A stretch of 64,000 bases of DNA, taken from contig NIVC01001067.1 in NCBI GenBank assembly GCA_002269645.1, positions 93,287 to 157,286 of the forward strand, written 5' to 3'. Source of the DNA: Macrostomum lignano (taxonomy: Eukaryota). This document shows, in pieces, positions 31,904 through 44,795 of the stretch (position 1 is its first letter; each line of letters begins with the position of its first letter). The notes beneath the pieces were generated by a model that saw only the letters and a program-made list of their open reading frames with translations, ran no database searches and was not told where the DNA came from. Both the position numbers and the translations under genes were made by a program.

Positions 31904-34900
31904 TCACGGCTCCTCAGCAGCAGCCGAGAATCTGGTGAGGGAGTTCGCCATCCTGCGTCTTGGCTGCCCGTTCTCAGCGACCAGCTTCAGGCCGGGTACT
32001 GAGAACACCGAATCAGCTGAGGGCAGTGGGCGGGGGTTGGTCTGCGTGTGCTTTTTGAAACTGCCGATTGTTGCCTAAACACCAGCTCGATAAATTCGCC
32101 CATTAACTAATAGCGTCACTCATTAAGCTATAGACTCACTCATCGAATTACTCATAAACTCACTCATCGAATTACTCATAAACTCACTCATGAATCACTC
32201 ATGAACTCACTCATGAATCACTCATAAACTCACTCATGAATCACTCATAAACTCACTCATGAATTACTCATGAACTCACTCATGAATCACTCATAAATTC
32301 ACTCATGAATCACTCATGAACTCACTCATGAATCACTCATAAACTCACTCATGAAGTCACTCATAAACTCACTCATGAACTACTCATAAACTCACTCATG
32401 AACTACTCATAAACTCACTCATAAACTCACTTATGAATCACTCATAAACTCACTCATGAATCACTCATGAACTCACTCATGAATCACTCATAAACTCACT
32501 CATGAATCACTCATAAACTCACTCATGAATTACTCATGAACTCACTCATGAATCACTCATAAATTCACTCATGAATCACTCATGAACTCACTCCTGAATC
32601 ACTCATAAACTCACTCATGAAGTCACTCATAAACTCACTCATAGAGTCACTCATGAGATCATTCGGAACTCTACTACTGAACTCAGTCACAACTATCTCA
32701 CTCTCGCACACCCCATTCCCTCACTGGGCTGCAGCCGGTGCAGGCAGTCCGGCAGGCAGTCAAAGTACGGATGCCGCAGCGCCTCAGCGGCGGTGCAGCG
32801 CAGCTCCGGCCGGAGCTGCAGGCAGGCGCGGGCCAGCGAGTCGGCGTGGGCGATGGACAGCAGGCGTGGCACCATGCGGTGCAGGCGGCCGCCAGTGGAC
32901 CCGATCGGTGCCACCCGACGCTGAGGCGACAGCAGCAGCTGCTGCTTGAGTTCTTGCCGTTGCTGCTGCTGCTGCTGTTGTTGCTGTTGCTGCTCCTCAG
33001 TTGGCTGAGCCGGTTTCAGTCGAGCCCATCCGGGCAGTGACGTCACTTCCGGCCAGACTTTCTCTGTGGGCTGGCCGGTCACCTGCATGACGCGATTTGG
33101 CTTGGCTTAGCATAGTATGAGTGGGTGAGTCGCTTTTGCAGCTGTTAGTGGTCAAGTAGATAAAGTAGGTCGATAGATGAGTTAATGTACTGTCAAGTAT
33201 AAAGTAAGTAGATAAGGTAGCTACAGTAGATAGGGTAGCTACGGTAGATAGGGTAGCTTCAGTAGATAAGGAAGCTTCAGTGGATAGGGTGGCTCTAGTA
33301 GATAAGGCAGCTTCAGTAGTAAATGTAACTTTAGTGGATAGGGTAGCTAAAGTAGATAGGGTAGCTTCAGTAGATAAGGAAGCTTCAGTGGATAGGGTAG
33401 CTCTAGTAGATAAGGCAGCTTCAGTAGTAAATGTAACTTTAGTGGATAGGGTAGCTAAAGTAGATAGGGTAGATACAGTAGATAGGGTAGCTCTAGTAGA
33501 TAAGGTAGCTACAGTAGTAAATGTAACTTCAGTGGATAGGGTAGCTACAGTAGATAGGGTAGCTTCAGTAGATAGGGTAGCTTCAGTAGATAGGGTAGCT
33601 ACAGTAGATAGGGTAGCTACAGTAGATAGGGTTGCTTCAGTAGATAAGGTAGCTACAGTAGATAGGGTAGCTTCAGTAGATAGGGTAGCTTCAGTAGATA
33701 GGGTAGCTACAGTAGATAGGGTAGCTACAGTAGATAGGGTAGCTACAGTAGATAGGGTAGCTTCAATAGATAGGGTAGCTACAGTAGATAGGGTAGCTAC
33801 AGTAGATAGGGTAGCTTTAGTAGATAGGGTAGCTACAGTAGATAGGGTAGCTACAGTAGATAGGGTAGCTACAGTAGATAGGGTAGCTTCAGTAGATAGG
33901 GTAGCTACAGTAGATAGGGTAGCTTCAGTATATAGGGTAGCTTCAGTAGATAGGGTAGCTACAGTAGATAGGGTAGCTTCAGTAGATAGGGTAGCTACAG
34001 CTACAGTAGATAGGGTAGCTTCAGTAGATAGGGTAGCTTTAGTAGATAGGGTAGCTACAGTAGATAGGGTAGCTACAGTAGATAGGGTAGCTTCAGTAGA
34101 TAGGGTAGCTACAGTAGATAGGGTAGCTACAGTAGATAGGGTAGCTACAGTAGATAGGGTAGCTACAGTAGATAGGGTAGCTTCAGTAGATAGGGTAGCT
34201 TCAGTAGATAGGGTAGCTACAGTAGATAGGGTAGCTACAGTAAATAGGGTAGCTTCAGTAGATAGGGTAGCTACAGTAGATAGGGTAGATAGGGTATAAG
34301 AGTAGCCACAGTATATAGGATAGCTTCAGTAGACAAGGTAGCTACAGTAGATAGGGTAGATAGGGTATAAGAGTAGCCACAGTATATAGGATAGCTTCAG
34401 TAGACAAGGTAGCTACAGTAGAAAATGTACCGTCAGTAGATAGGGTAGAGATAGTAGGTAAAGTAGCTACTACAGTCAATGAGGTGGCTACGGTAGATAA
34501 AATAGCTGTAGCCAACGCAGACAAGCTCATGTGTACCTAAAATATTTAGATAAAGTAGCTACAGAAGATAAAGAGCCAAAGTGCACCAGGTAGCCAAAGT
34601 AGACAGGCTTAGCTCTACCTTGAAGATTTTCTTCAGCTGATCCTCCGCAGTCCTGGCTCCCGGAAACAGTGGCGACCCGCTCAGCATCTCGGCGTGGATG
34701 CAGCCGACTGCCCACAGATCCAGGGAGCCGGCATAGGTGGTGCTGCCTAGCAACACCTCCGGCGGCCGGTACCACAGGGTGACAATCTCGGAGCTGTAGG
34801 ATCTGCTGGGAACTGTTTGAGCTCGGGCCAGACCGAAATCGGCCAATTTCAATTCGCCAATAGCTGAGATTAACAAATTTTGCGGCTTTAAATCGCGGTG

Positions 34901-36912
34901 CAAAATGCGACGTTTATGACAGAAGTCCAGACCGCGGAGCAGTTGGAATAGGAACAGCTGAAAGGGGTATACACAAACTGTGCTCAACTTGATTAGCTGA
35001 CACTATACTCAAGCTCGATTACCTGACAATAGTAACACTCGATTACTCTTACTGTGATCAAAGCTGATTTACCAGCATGTTAGCTTAAACATCTACCTAT
35101 AATTCATCTCACCTTCGCATTGTGAGACCTTAATCCTGTCGGATGCTGTTCCATGTACTTGGACAAATCCATGGGCTAAAAAAGATTAGGATAAGCGCAG
35201 TAGATACTCGTTTATTAAGCTTTTATAATTAAACACGGATAGCTATAACTCAATGCTCACCACAAATTCGAACACAAAAGTTAAATTTGTACTGGTGTGA
35301 ACAATGTCGTGTAGGGTGACAATGTTGGCGTGCTTGAGGCCTTTCAGCAAAGAGGCTGCAATGAGATTAAAATACTTGAACATTACACCAGGATATGCTA
35401 TAATACTACACCCAGGTGTGCTAGAATACTACACCTGGATGTACTAGAATACGTACCACTCGAGAAGTTACCCAGACCATCACACCAGAGTTGGGCTTTT
35501 CTGATGACAGAATTCTTAAAGGACACGGCTAAATGTTCTTTTAGCTCGTATTTAATTAACCCTCCAGATTTTGTTTTACATTGTCAAAGGTTCTTAGCTA
35601 CTCAGCCAACCAGTAATTACTACTTTAAACACTACAAACTTGAAGCAACGGAGCTACACAAATGCCATAAAGTCACCTTCTCGTATGGCAGTAAACGGGG
35701 TACCCTCGTCGTGCTGCAGCCTGATATCTTTGAGAGCCACGACCGAATTTGTGACGCTGAAATTACAGTAGGAAGTTAATCAAATTGCTTATCTCATCGT
35801 TATACGATTAAATGAATCGTAATTAAATTTTTAGTAGTTAGGGCGTAAAATTAACCACCGGAATGAAGCCCGAAGTCCAAAACACCTCTGCCAAATCAGG
35901 GAGCAGAGCAACTCAACGGTAAACGCGTCTGACTATTGCGCCACGACCCAGGTGGTTCAATTATTCCGTGCGCGGCTGCATCCATTTGGGACTTTGATAA
36001 TGCAAAACCAAATAACAGCAAATACTGTATGGTGGCTTCGACTTAAACCCTTCGACTTAAAATACGATGAAACGCGCACAATTAATGCAAAGTTGCCGAT
36101 TTTCCTATCGATCTAATGCAACTGTGGCTACACAGATTAGTCTTGTCCCAAGTTTGTCAACCGTAAAATCCCATTTGATGCAATGCAATAAAAAGAACAG
36201 ATTGTACTGTAGATTTTATCCAGCTTTAAAAAACTCGTTGACCAAACCTTCGATCAAACATGCACTAGATTTATATCCATACTGGAAGTCCTAGGTGAGA
36301 TTGTTGAGATTCCACGGCCTATAGGGGTATTGTTGAGGTGTCAAGGGTCAATTGGAAGCTGTTGGCAGGCCAAGCCAGAGGGTTAAGCCATGACTTAAAG
36401 GGAGGTTTTGATGCTAAAGCCCAAAGGGGGTGCTGATTGTAGTTTATATCGTTTATGTAGCAGATTGCTAGTCTTGTGCTAAAAACTAACAACTTCAATT
36501 ATGGTTTTTATAGAACGCGAGCTTTACGTCCTGATGCCACGGTTATTTTCTAGTGGTACTTGGATACTTCTGGCTTCATTCCGGTGTCCTAAGCTGACAT
36601 TTCATTTGGCTTTATTCAGAGTCTCAGCGGCTCACAGTGAGACGCCCTTGTACACAGTGGCGTAACTGCCTTCGCCCATGGCCTCAAGCCACTGATACGA
36701 ATTCGAACGGCCAAACGCAGCCAAAGGTTGGCACCGGCGATTGCTTTTGGTCTTGTCCGAATTAGCAGCGGCATCGACGGTTGGTGTCCTTGATGCTGCC
36801 GACGTCAAAGCCGCAGCACCGCTAGAAGAGATCGCGCCAGTTGAACCAACCACAATGGTGCTGACCGACTGGTGACGGCGAATCTGCAGGGCGCTGCTGC
36901 GTCTGGCAAAGT
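31904..36912 (-). CDS. CDK14: PFTAIRE-type CDK (CDK14/Eip63E-like): kinase-domain exons
   Basis: Exons (minus) ~36912-36636, 35756-35677, 35355-35261, 35175-35113, 34957-34619, 33082-32725, 32016-31904 with consistent phases. Motifs [90 protein letters not shown]. Confidence 0.95.
32130..32655. repeat. 12-bp-based minisatellite (ACTCATGAACTC/ACTCATGAATC/ACTCATAAACTC)n in the last CDK14 intron
   Basis: Directly visible. Confidence 0.95.
33205..34520. repeat. 18-bp minisatellite (GTAGATAGGGTAGCT(A/T)CA)n filling a CDK14 intron
   Basis: Directly visible; gives the (VDRVAT)n pseudo-ORF. Confidence 0.97.
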
Positions 36913-37453
36913 CTGGCGGTGTGTTTTAAAACGTTGAATGAATCAGTTGATATTCTGAATGCCATATTTCAGCGAATATGTCATTATTTCTACTCGCAAG
37001 TAAGTAGTATATTGCTCTTATCAGTCGAGTTGATAATTAAGCCGATCAAGTGGAAAATCCCCATTTAATTCCACAGAACTGCACTCGGCCATAGACAATC
37101 GAGCGAATCAAGCTGATAAAAAGTCTGGACGCAGCGCAAAAACCTCGGGGTTAAGACCATAGACTGTAGCTTCTGCTACTCTCAAGCATTAACAACAGCT
37201 CTAGTGTCTGTGGCCATAACCCCGGAGTTTTCGAGGCCTTAGAGACGGCCGCTAAATACCTTAGAGAATGCTGGAGTGACATATCTAGGTAATGTAGACT
37301 CTGTGGTGGAAACGATAAACAATGGCTGAAATTTCAGGGCATTCCAAAAAACATGGAAGTTCTTGATTTTCATTAGTGAAGTTTTTTATACTTTTAAACC
37401 GAGTTTCACTTTAAACTTTTAAACCAAAAAGAAAAAAAAACTCTTTAACTCAC

Positions 37454-40400
37454 ATTGAAAAAACTTTTGTCTTTGTCGACTGGAGGCCGTGTCCTGAACC
37501 TGACCGGTGTCGCCAGGTGAGCAGTCTTTGTGAGGAGTTGCGCTGGTGACTCTCTGAGTTGGCTGCGCCTGACCATCTGACAGACAGGCGGCGAACAGAC
37601 TCTGTTTGGTTGGATGCGAAGGTTCAGATTGATGTTGGAGACTGCAGTCAACGGCAACTATTAGAGAATATTGAGGTTTTAACTAAGTTGTCCATTATAG
37701 AACCTGTCAATTTTACGCCCTGATACAACGCTCATGTTCGAGTGAAAGTTCTAGAGTCCAACCCAAAGTGAACCGTTATAGAAGCTGTTCGGAGCGTTTG
37801 AAAGACTAATTAAGCCCTCTTAAATATTAGGAATAATAATAATATTATGAATAATATTATTATTGATTACACCTGCCCCAATTGGGCAGATGTGCAACCG
37901 ACAGCTCAGCCCCAGCTATTGCGAGGCTTCAACTACCCCAGCTAATACTGGCACCCATTTTACAGCTGGGTGAACTAAAGCAATACCTAATATCGCCGAA
38001 ACAAACCAAAGTACTATTTTAGTATAAAAAGCAAGCAAGGTAGTTAATTTTTTCCGTACCTACCTGCAAAATAAATTAGTCACAAACGCCCTGTGACTAA
38101 CGTCAACGGCTCGTAAGAAGACAGTTTCATATAAAGTACATATTCAACCCCTAGACTTCAACCCCTATATGTCTCGACAGGCATGACTGATTTTTACTGA
38201 CACACCAGGTCTGAAAAAACTTTGCAGTTACTCATTGGTTTCACTAATTCTCGTAGGCATTTAGCTTCTGTTCAAAATCTTCAAATGATAGATAGAGTAC
38301 CTGGTTTGGGTTCAAGGTATTTTATCCGGCTACCGAGATACAGTAGTATAGAATCGACAATCTGATCCACTTTCTATCCCTTGGTTTAATTAATGAAGTT
38401 TGCCTAAGAAACGCCGCTAAGGCACGCTCGACAAGCAGGTACAGCAGTTGATATGGTAAGCTAAATTCTTTATCATACTGGTATCATATCCGCTGCCAGG
38501 AACTCTCTCTTTCTCCACTGTCCGTTTGCTTCGGGAAAAGCCGGCTAGCGTAGATGCCTTTGCAGTGGCTGTGGCTTCTGCAGCATGTCTACAGTCAAAG
38601 AAAATTTAGACCCATGGTCAGTTGAAGACATGGTTTAGAGGAGAGAAGAAAGGATCGGGGAAGGGATAACTTACCTTCCTGGCCTTGCCCAGACCGAAAA
38701 ATGGGAACGCAAGTAGAGAAAGGGGTAGGCTGAAAAAGGATAGAAAAAAGTTCAGCTGTGTAGCACGATTTGGGCAACAAGCGATGGCGTTTCCTTAGCC
38801 CAGCAACACGCATCAGTCTTGTATCTTGCCTGTGCGGACTTCTTCTACCATAACATATTAGTTCGTATAGCAAATTTCGTCAAGACTGTTTTTGACAAGA
38901 AAAGTTAACAATTTCTATTTCTACATTCTTTAGTGCATGTAGTTAAACTACCTAACGCAAATGCTGCGTATTTTCATTATGTAACTCATCTACATTCTAA
39001 ACAAGTGCATAGTAGTAAAGTGCTCAGGAGAGTCAGCCTAATGGACTGAGTTGCCCGATCACTAGTTATGGGACGATGTCACCTCAGAGCTCGCACAGAC
39101 TCAAGAAGATCTTCTTGAAAACGAAGATTAGATATCTGCAGGCTATAAGGAGCCAGTGTACTTTGAAGTTACCCAACGCTACAAGAACTCGAAGTTTGAG
39201 CGTACTTGCAGGTGCATAGGAGAGTGAAATATCTCGAAGTGCTGATTAACAAGCTGCAATTGCTGTCCTAATTACATGGTCTTATTAGCAATATCTGGCA
39301 CAGAGGAACACGGCACCGCGTCTATTTTGTTTGAGACGAGATCCCAGGCGCTTTGCTTCTCAAAGAAGCCTGCTAAAACACAGTGAAAAGTGGCTTAGAA
39401 ACAGGCTATTTTTGCAGAGAGAGTTTCTCTCCCCTGCTCCATGGCAGATCTCTCAGCGACTTTGTCAGTTTCCTCAAGCATCGCAATTAATTGAACGCGT
39501 GTTGCCGGTAAAAAGACCCCGAAGTGAACATCGAATCAGTCTCTGATACTTGTAACACTGCATGGTTAACAAGGAGGAAATGCTGGGGATAGTTCCACAG
39601 TGAGTAAAGACATCGAGCGAACTACATGAAATGAAATTGCTAGATGTCTTTCAGCTCTTTTAGCTAGTATGAAATTTTTTATTAGAATGAACCTACTATG
39701 TCAACGTATTAGTTTGAGGCTTCGTGTTATCTCAATCTGACAAAAATATGAAACCTGAACTATTAATTGAACTCACCGTGGTTGACAGCTGTTTTCCTAG
39801 TACTCTGGTTCGCCTCAACCGACGGTTGGCATCGTCCTGACTTGATTGGCTTGTTGCTGTTGACTCTGCAAGGATGGGAAGCAAAAACAAGCTTTCCTAG
39901 CCAGCTGGGTCAGTGTCACTAATACAGTATGAATATGGGTGTGGTTTCTTTTCTGGGTCTCTAAGGCCTAAAAATAGCGGCCTCGATCAAGGACAGGAGA
40001 GCTACCAGCGACAGATTGAGATTTTGTGATAAGGGAAAGACAGGGGTAGGCACAGGAGTGGTTGTTGATAAAATCAGATTGGCTAAGGTGTGAAAAAAAT
40101 CAGGGCATGGCGGAGGCGAGATGCGATCGAAAATATTGAGACTGTTTAAATATAACCGCTCTGGAGAGTGGGGTGGCTGTTTAAGAATAAGAACTCTGAA
40201 GAGTGGGGTGATTGTTTAAAAGTAACAACTCTGGGGAGTGGGGTGGCTATTAAAAATAACAACCGCGGGGAGTGGGGTGGCTGTTTAAAAGTAACAACTC
40301 TGGGGAGTGGGGTGGCTATTAAAAATAACAACCATGGGGAATGGGGTGGCTGTTTAAAAGTAACAACTCCGGGGAGTGGGGTGGCTGTTTTTGAATAACA

Positions 40401-41013
40401 ACTCTGGGGAGTGGGGTGGCTGTTTTTAAAAGCACAACAGTGGGGGGTGGGTGGCTGTTTTAAAATCTCAACAGTGAGAGTGGGATGGCTGTTTTACGAT
40501 CTATAATCATACATGCAACCGGGACTGAGCTTGTGGGGGGGGGGGGTAGTTACGAGCGTATAAATCTCTACCTTCTACTAGCTGTGTTTAAACTGATCAA
40601 CAGGTGACGTCGCGCAAAACCAAATTTTCAATCAGAGCCCTACCATCAAAAACTTTATCCTTTGTCTCTCCCTGCTCGTCGTCGTGTTTATTCCTCTTTA
40701 ACTCAGTCTCGACAGACGTATCCAAGTTGAACTCATTTCGCTCAGAAGGCATTGACTCGCCGAGCATGCTCCGTGACATTGGGTTGAACAACTCGCTCGC
40801 GGGCCGTCGAGCACTTCTGGTGGCGCTTGACGAGCGTAGAAAGAAGAATCGTTGATAAGTGGCTGCTACTTGACAGTTTTTGCTGTTGTCGTTGCTGCTG
40901 CTGCTAGCTGGCCGGATCCGCTGACTCTGCGATGGTCTTCGAGGTTGCGCAGTGGATTCTGCGGCAACGGTGGCTGCTGCTGCTGCTGCGATAACTGATG
41001 AGCTGTCTGAGAC
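37454..41013 (-). CDS. Probable upstream N-terminal exons of the CDK14-like gene
   Basis: GT-AG-bounded open segments 41013-40644, 39865-39777 and 37657-37454 can be chained in frame (RRLRRTRVLGKQLST, VRFRTRPP) to the kinase exons. The exact acceptor near 36.9 kb and the start codon are unresolved. Confidence 0.5.
40160..40495. repeat. ~33-bp degenerate minisatellite with GGGGAGTGGGGTGGCT core
   Basis: About 10 units visible. Confidence 0.9.
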
Positions 41014-42053
41014 CTTTAAAAATGTGTCAGAGAATTTTATTGACAGTTGCGAAAAGTTAGACAAGTGTATAGCTCGTCAGACATTTTATATTAAATAACG
41101 ATGGAAGGTTCCTTAATTATAACAAAAGGCGCAACTGCATTTGAGCAATCCTTTGTTCTTCTTATCCACTTAGGTCCCCGGAACGTTTTCTTTCTACCTC
41201 AAAGAGATAAATTAGAGGCAGGAAAACTTGATACAGTAATGGCAATTATTAATTTGCTAATTGATTGCTACGCGTGCAATGCAATATGCATACACATGTA
41301 TACAAAGCACAGGATTTGAATAAATTGGAAAAGCAGCTACCTAGCCAGACTGTAACTCATCCAACGTAGATAATAATATTCGAATATTAAAAAATCCCAA
41401 ATTTTTGTAATTACCATAGTACCTATTCAGAAGATAAAATATTTACTTACATTTATATTTTAAAGTATTCTAAAGTTTAAAAACGAGACACGTGTACTTC
41501 TGATGCTATTTACATTTAGAATTTTATTAACAGAAATATGATATATCTAGCTATTATATTTTAAGTTTTGGCGGTCTTGCTTCTGCAAAAAATTACGCCG
41601 CAAAAACGAATATTGATGTATTTAAATTCCAAACGCGTGGAAAACCGCGAAAATTTTAAGGCTTTTAAAAACGTGGGAAAACTGACAAACTTTAACAAAA
41701 TCGATGCATTACTGGATTAAGTCAGCAACTGTGATTATCTAAACAGAAAAAAAACTGTACATAAAAAGGAAAAAATAGATTCTTAGACTTATTTTAATGA
41801 ATTTCAATACATTAAAAAAATTAGTCTTATATTTTCACGATAAGTCTTCCATTTAGCCTGTAGTATAATAAAGCACATAGATACATATATTTTTATTTAT
41901 GTTCGGCTGCTTTCAAAGTAAGACTAATCAGTTTATTTGATAAAGAGCGAAGGTTAATTACATGCTACATTATAACAAGTTTATTCTAACAAAGCGTTAA
42001 TTAAATATTTGTTGCTACCGAAGATTTTGAATAAATTTATAGCTATAGTTCCA

Positions 42054-42563
42054 TCAGTGCACCGTAGTCCCACCGCTACTCTTCCTGTTTGGACCTCCAT
42101 CGCCTCCCGTGGACAAATTTGGCGGGAAACGTCGAAAATGTTGATTAGAGTTGAACAGGCTCGGGTCGCGGCTCTCTCCTAGTCGTTGTTGGGCTGCCAA
42201 AGCCTGTAGGAAACTGCCAAGGCGAGGCTCGGGTCTGCGGAACTTCAGCACAGTCAGGCACAGCAGGAGATGGGCGACTCCGGCCGCGGCAGCGCCAAGT
42301 CCGACGTAGCACCAGACGCCGAGAGTTCGACTTGATTTTCCCTCTCTGCCGTAGGTGCCAGGCTTTAGCATGACCAAGCTGTCATTGTCGATGTCTCTCA
42401 GCAGCAGGGCTAGAGAGCTGAGACCGCCAAGAATGCAGCCGCAAATTGTCAGAGTGACCGGCGGCATGAGGTGAATATAGCGAAGACAGCGCACCTCGTC
42501 ACATTCGGCCACCAGTTTCTGCTCCTTGTCTTCACTTCGATCGTATTCCAATGTTATTGTCAT
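42054..42563 (-). CDS. Hypothetical 169-aa protein with two hydrophobic segments
   Basis: ATG-initiated, GC-rich ORF in AT-rich surroundings; hydrophobic stretches VTLTICGCILGGLSSLALLL and LGVWCYVGLGAAAAGVAHLLLCLTVL. Confidence 0.6.
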   Translation of the reverse strand: MTITLEYDRSEDKEQKLVAECDEVRCLRYIHLMPPVTLTICGCILGGLSSLALLLRDIDNDSLVMLKPGTYGREGKSSRTLGVWCYVGLGAAAAGVAHLLLCLTVLKFRRPEPRLGSFLQALAAQQRLGESRDPSLFNSNQHFRRFPPNLSTGGDGGPNRKSSGGTTVH

Positions 42564-43542
42564 GCTTGTGTCGAATAAAATTGCTTTTCGATCTGACTGT
42601 TTTTGACGGCAATATGAACAATTGGTAGTTATTATATCGAACTTGAATTGGGAATGGTTGCAAATTAGCTATTGAACAATATATCAATTTTTAAGCTGAA
42701 GCCACGGACTGCTTAATAACGGGAAGCTACAAAAGTTGGAGGCCTTCTAATAATATGTTAGTCCTCGAAAAGCATTACCAGGATAGGTTTTTACCATAGA
42801 CAAAAACTCACTGACGACTTCTCTCGCACTTACAAGTGACATGGTACGACATTCCCGTGTTTAAACGCCAGCTTTTGAACGAGCCTCATGCAATTTTTCA
42901 TCGTGAATTGCGAGACTCCCGTCCTGAGAGTGATTAAGTTATTCTTGGCTGAAGCCTGAAGCTGAAATCTACCCACTGTGACCCCATCAAAATGCCAATT
43001 TTCGTGCATGTGACTCAATTTGCCATAGACAGACGTAAGCAACTAAAAGCAGACTCCTTTAACTTTTTCTCCTCTTAAATCGCGTTTTGATGTTCAGAAT
43101 TCAGTCTTGCCATGTAGCAATCGAAAATTCGGTACGCATGCAATTGTTGCTACTGCTATTCAATGATATTGATACTGCTATTCAATGCATTATAATCCGC
43201 TTTAGATATTCATACAGAAGTTCAAGAACTAGAGCAGGAATGCTACTTTCTTAGGTCAGAATTAGCTCGATAAAATAAATGTGTTATATTTAAAATGACA
43301 TTTTCACGTTTTATTGTACTGCTGATAATGGCACCTGTACAGTGCAGTGCAGGCAAGCGTACAACAGCAATCGCTATGCAATTATTAGCTTGGCTGCCAA
43401 TGTCATACAGTGTGTACTTTTACTTAGAGCTGAAGTTGTCAAAAAATGAGGTCATACCGGGTGTATGGAGAGTAAAAAAGTGTCATGTACATCTGGAATA
43501 GCTAAAGTATGTCGATCATTTTAGGTATATCGTTACTTTTGC

Positions 43543-44190
43543 TCACGCAGCAATCTGCAGCTCGCAGGCGTAGTCCTGTTGAGCGATTTCGTACCTGTAA
43601 ATCATTGGTTCGCCTTGCCCAGGACCGCAGTAGGTGGTCGCCTCGTCCGACACTGGCTTCACCTGCCTGAGCACAAGAACCTGACGGCTGCGCTGTACAC
43701 AGCGAGTGTTGCTGGCGCTGATAAACTTTGTCCTACCGTCCGGGCAGAGGCACCGGGTCTGCGCAACCAGAGCCGGCTCTCGGGTCATTTCCAAGTCGTC
43801 CAACAGCTGCACAGTGGGACAGATGGCGTCACTTTGAACGCCGCGGACAGACTGCAGGCTCTCAGGCGCGTCGCTGCACAGTTTCTGAGCAGCTGGCTTG
43901 ATTTCGTTAACAAGCCGCTGGATTTCCGTCTGAGCTTTGGCAGCTTGGCTGGCATTGTAGCAGAGCACCACGCTGTCGCTGCCGTCAGGAAGTGGAAAGG
44001 CGCTGCTGATCTGGCAGGGAAGCAAAACCAGCAGCGGTAGGAGGAGCCAACATAGCGGTACCGCTGAAATTCACAGTTAGATCACAGTTAGATCACAGTT
44101 AGATCACAGTTAGATCACAGTTAGATAACTCAACTTTATATATGAACTCTGTGTACTGCATTTTCTTTACTTACCTTTATAATTGTTCAT
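43543..44190 (-). CDS. Secreted IL-17-like cystine-knot protein, 2 exons, 178 aa
   Basis: Exon 1 44190-44175 (ATGAACAATTATAAAG|gtaagt) and exon 2 44063-43543 give the signal peptide MNNYKAVPLCWLLLPLLVLLPCQISSA. Mature part AICP..DD..REPALVAQTRCLC..RCVQ..QVLVLRQ..C..YRYE....YAC matches the invertebrate IL-17 pattern (CP..D..R.P..A.CxC..C..VLR..C..Y..C). Confidence 0.72.
44070..44125. repeat. 11-bp repeat (AGATCACAGTT)n in the IL-17-like intron
   Basis: 4-5 copies visible. Confidence 0.9.
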
Positions 44191-44706
44191 AGTTGTGCAC
44201 AGGCGTACTGACGAATAAGTGCCTGATTTAATTTGAAAGACTGCTGCTTGATTAATATAGTTTTCTTCTGCAATCCAAGGCTTTCTCGCGGTGATTCCTT
44301 CAGCATTTGCTCTTATCTGGGACACGAAAATAGATAGACGAACAACTCAAATTATTTGGTTTTGACAAAAATAGCTCAAACGAACAACACGGGGGTGGTG
44401 CAGGGCAGCGATTAACCAAGTAACATGTACAGTTATGATTCATAAATTTGCATTCAAATAAAATACCGTGTCAAACATAGTGATTGCATAAAAATTGACT
44501 TGGTTATTAATAAACTAACAGGATAATCGTCACGACTGAGTCAGTCGGTGCAGTCATGATTGCATTAAAAGATCGCAATGTTGTTTATTAAACTGCCACC
44601 TTGTAGAAAACTTTGAAGCGGCGCAAATGATATTATGATAATAATTAAATTAAAATAATTAACTATATCTACAGAAAAAATATTTATCCATAATATATTT
44701 CTGCAT

Positions 44707-44724
44707 AACAACAATAACAACAAT

Positions 44725-44794
<70 letters not shown>
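44707..44794. repeat. (AAC)n microsatellite
   Basis: Directly visible. Confidence 0.98.

Positions 44795-44795
<1 letters not shown>

Noticed and set aside
33280-34299. 339-aa (VDRVAT)n ORF resembling antifreeze or repeat proteins
   Set aside because: It lies antisense within a CDK14 intron and is the 18-bp minisatellite.
35330-35779. 149-aa + strand ORF
   Set aside because: It is antisense to CDK14 exons and intron, with no recognisable motif.
38300-39550. Possibly decayed retroelement-like sequence in a CDK14 intron
   Set aside because: No convincing RT or endonuclease motif could be read in any frame.
42703-42716. CACGGACTGCTTAA, one mismatch from the MITE TIR at 21311
   Set aside because: No partner TIR or TSD was found nearby; at best a solo relic.
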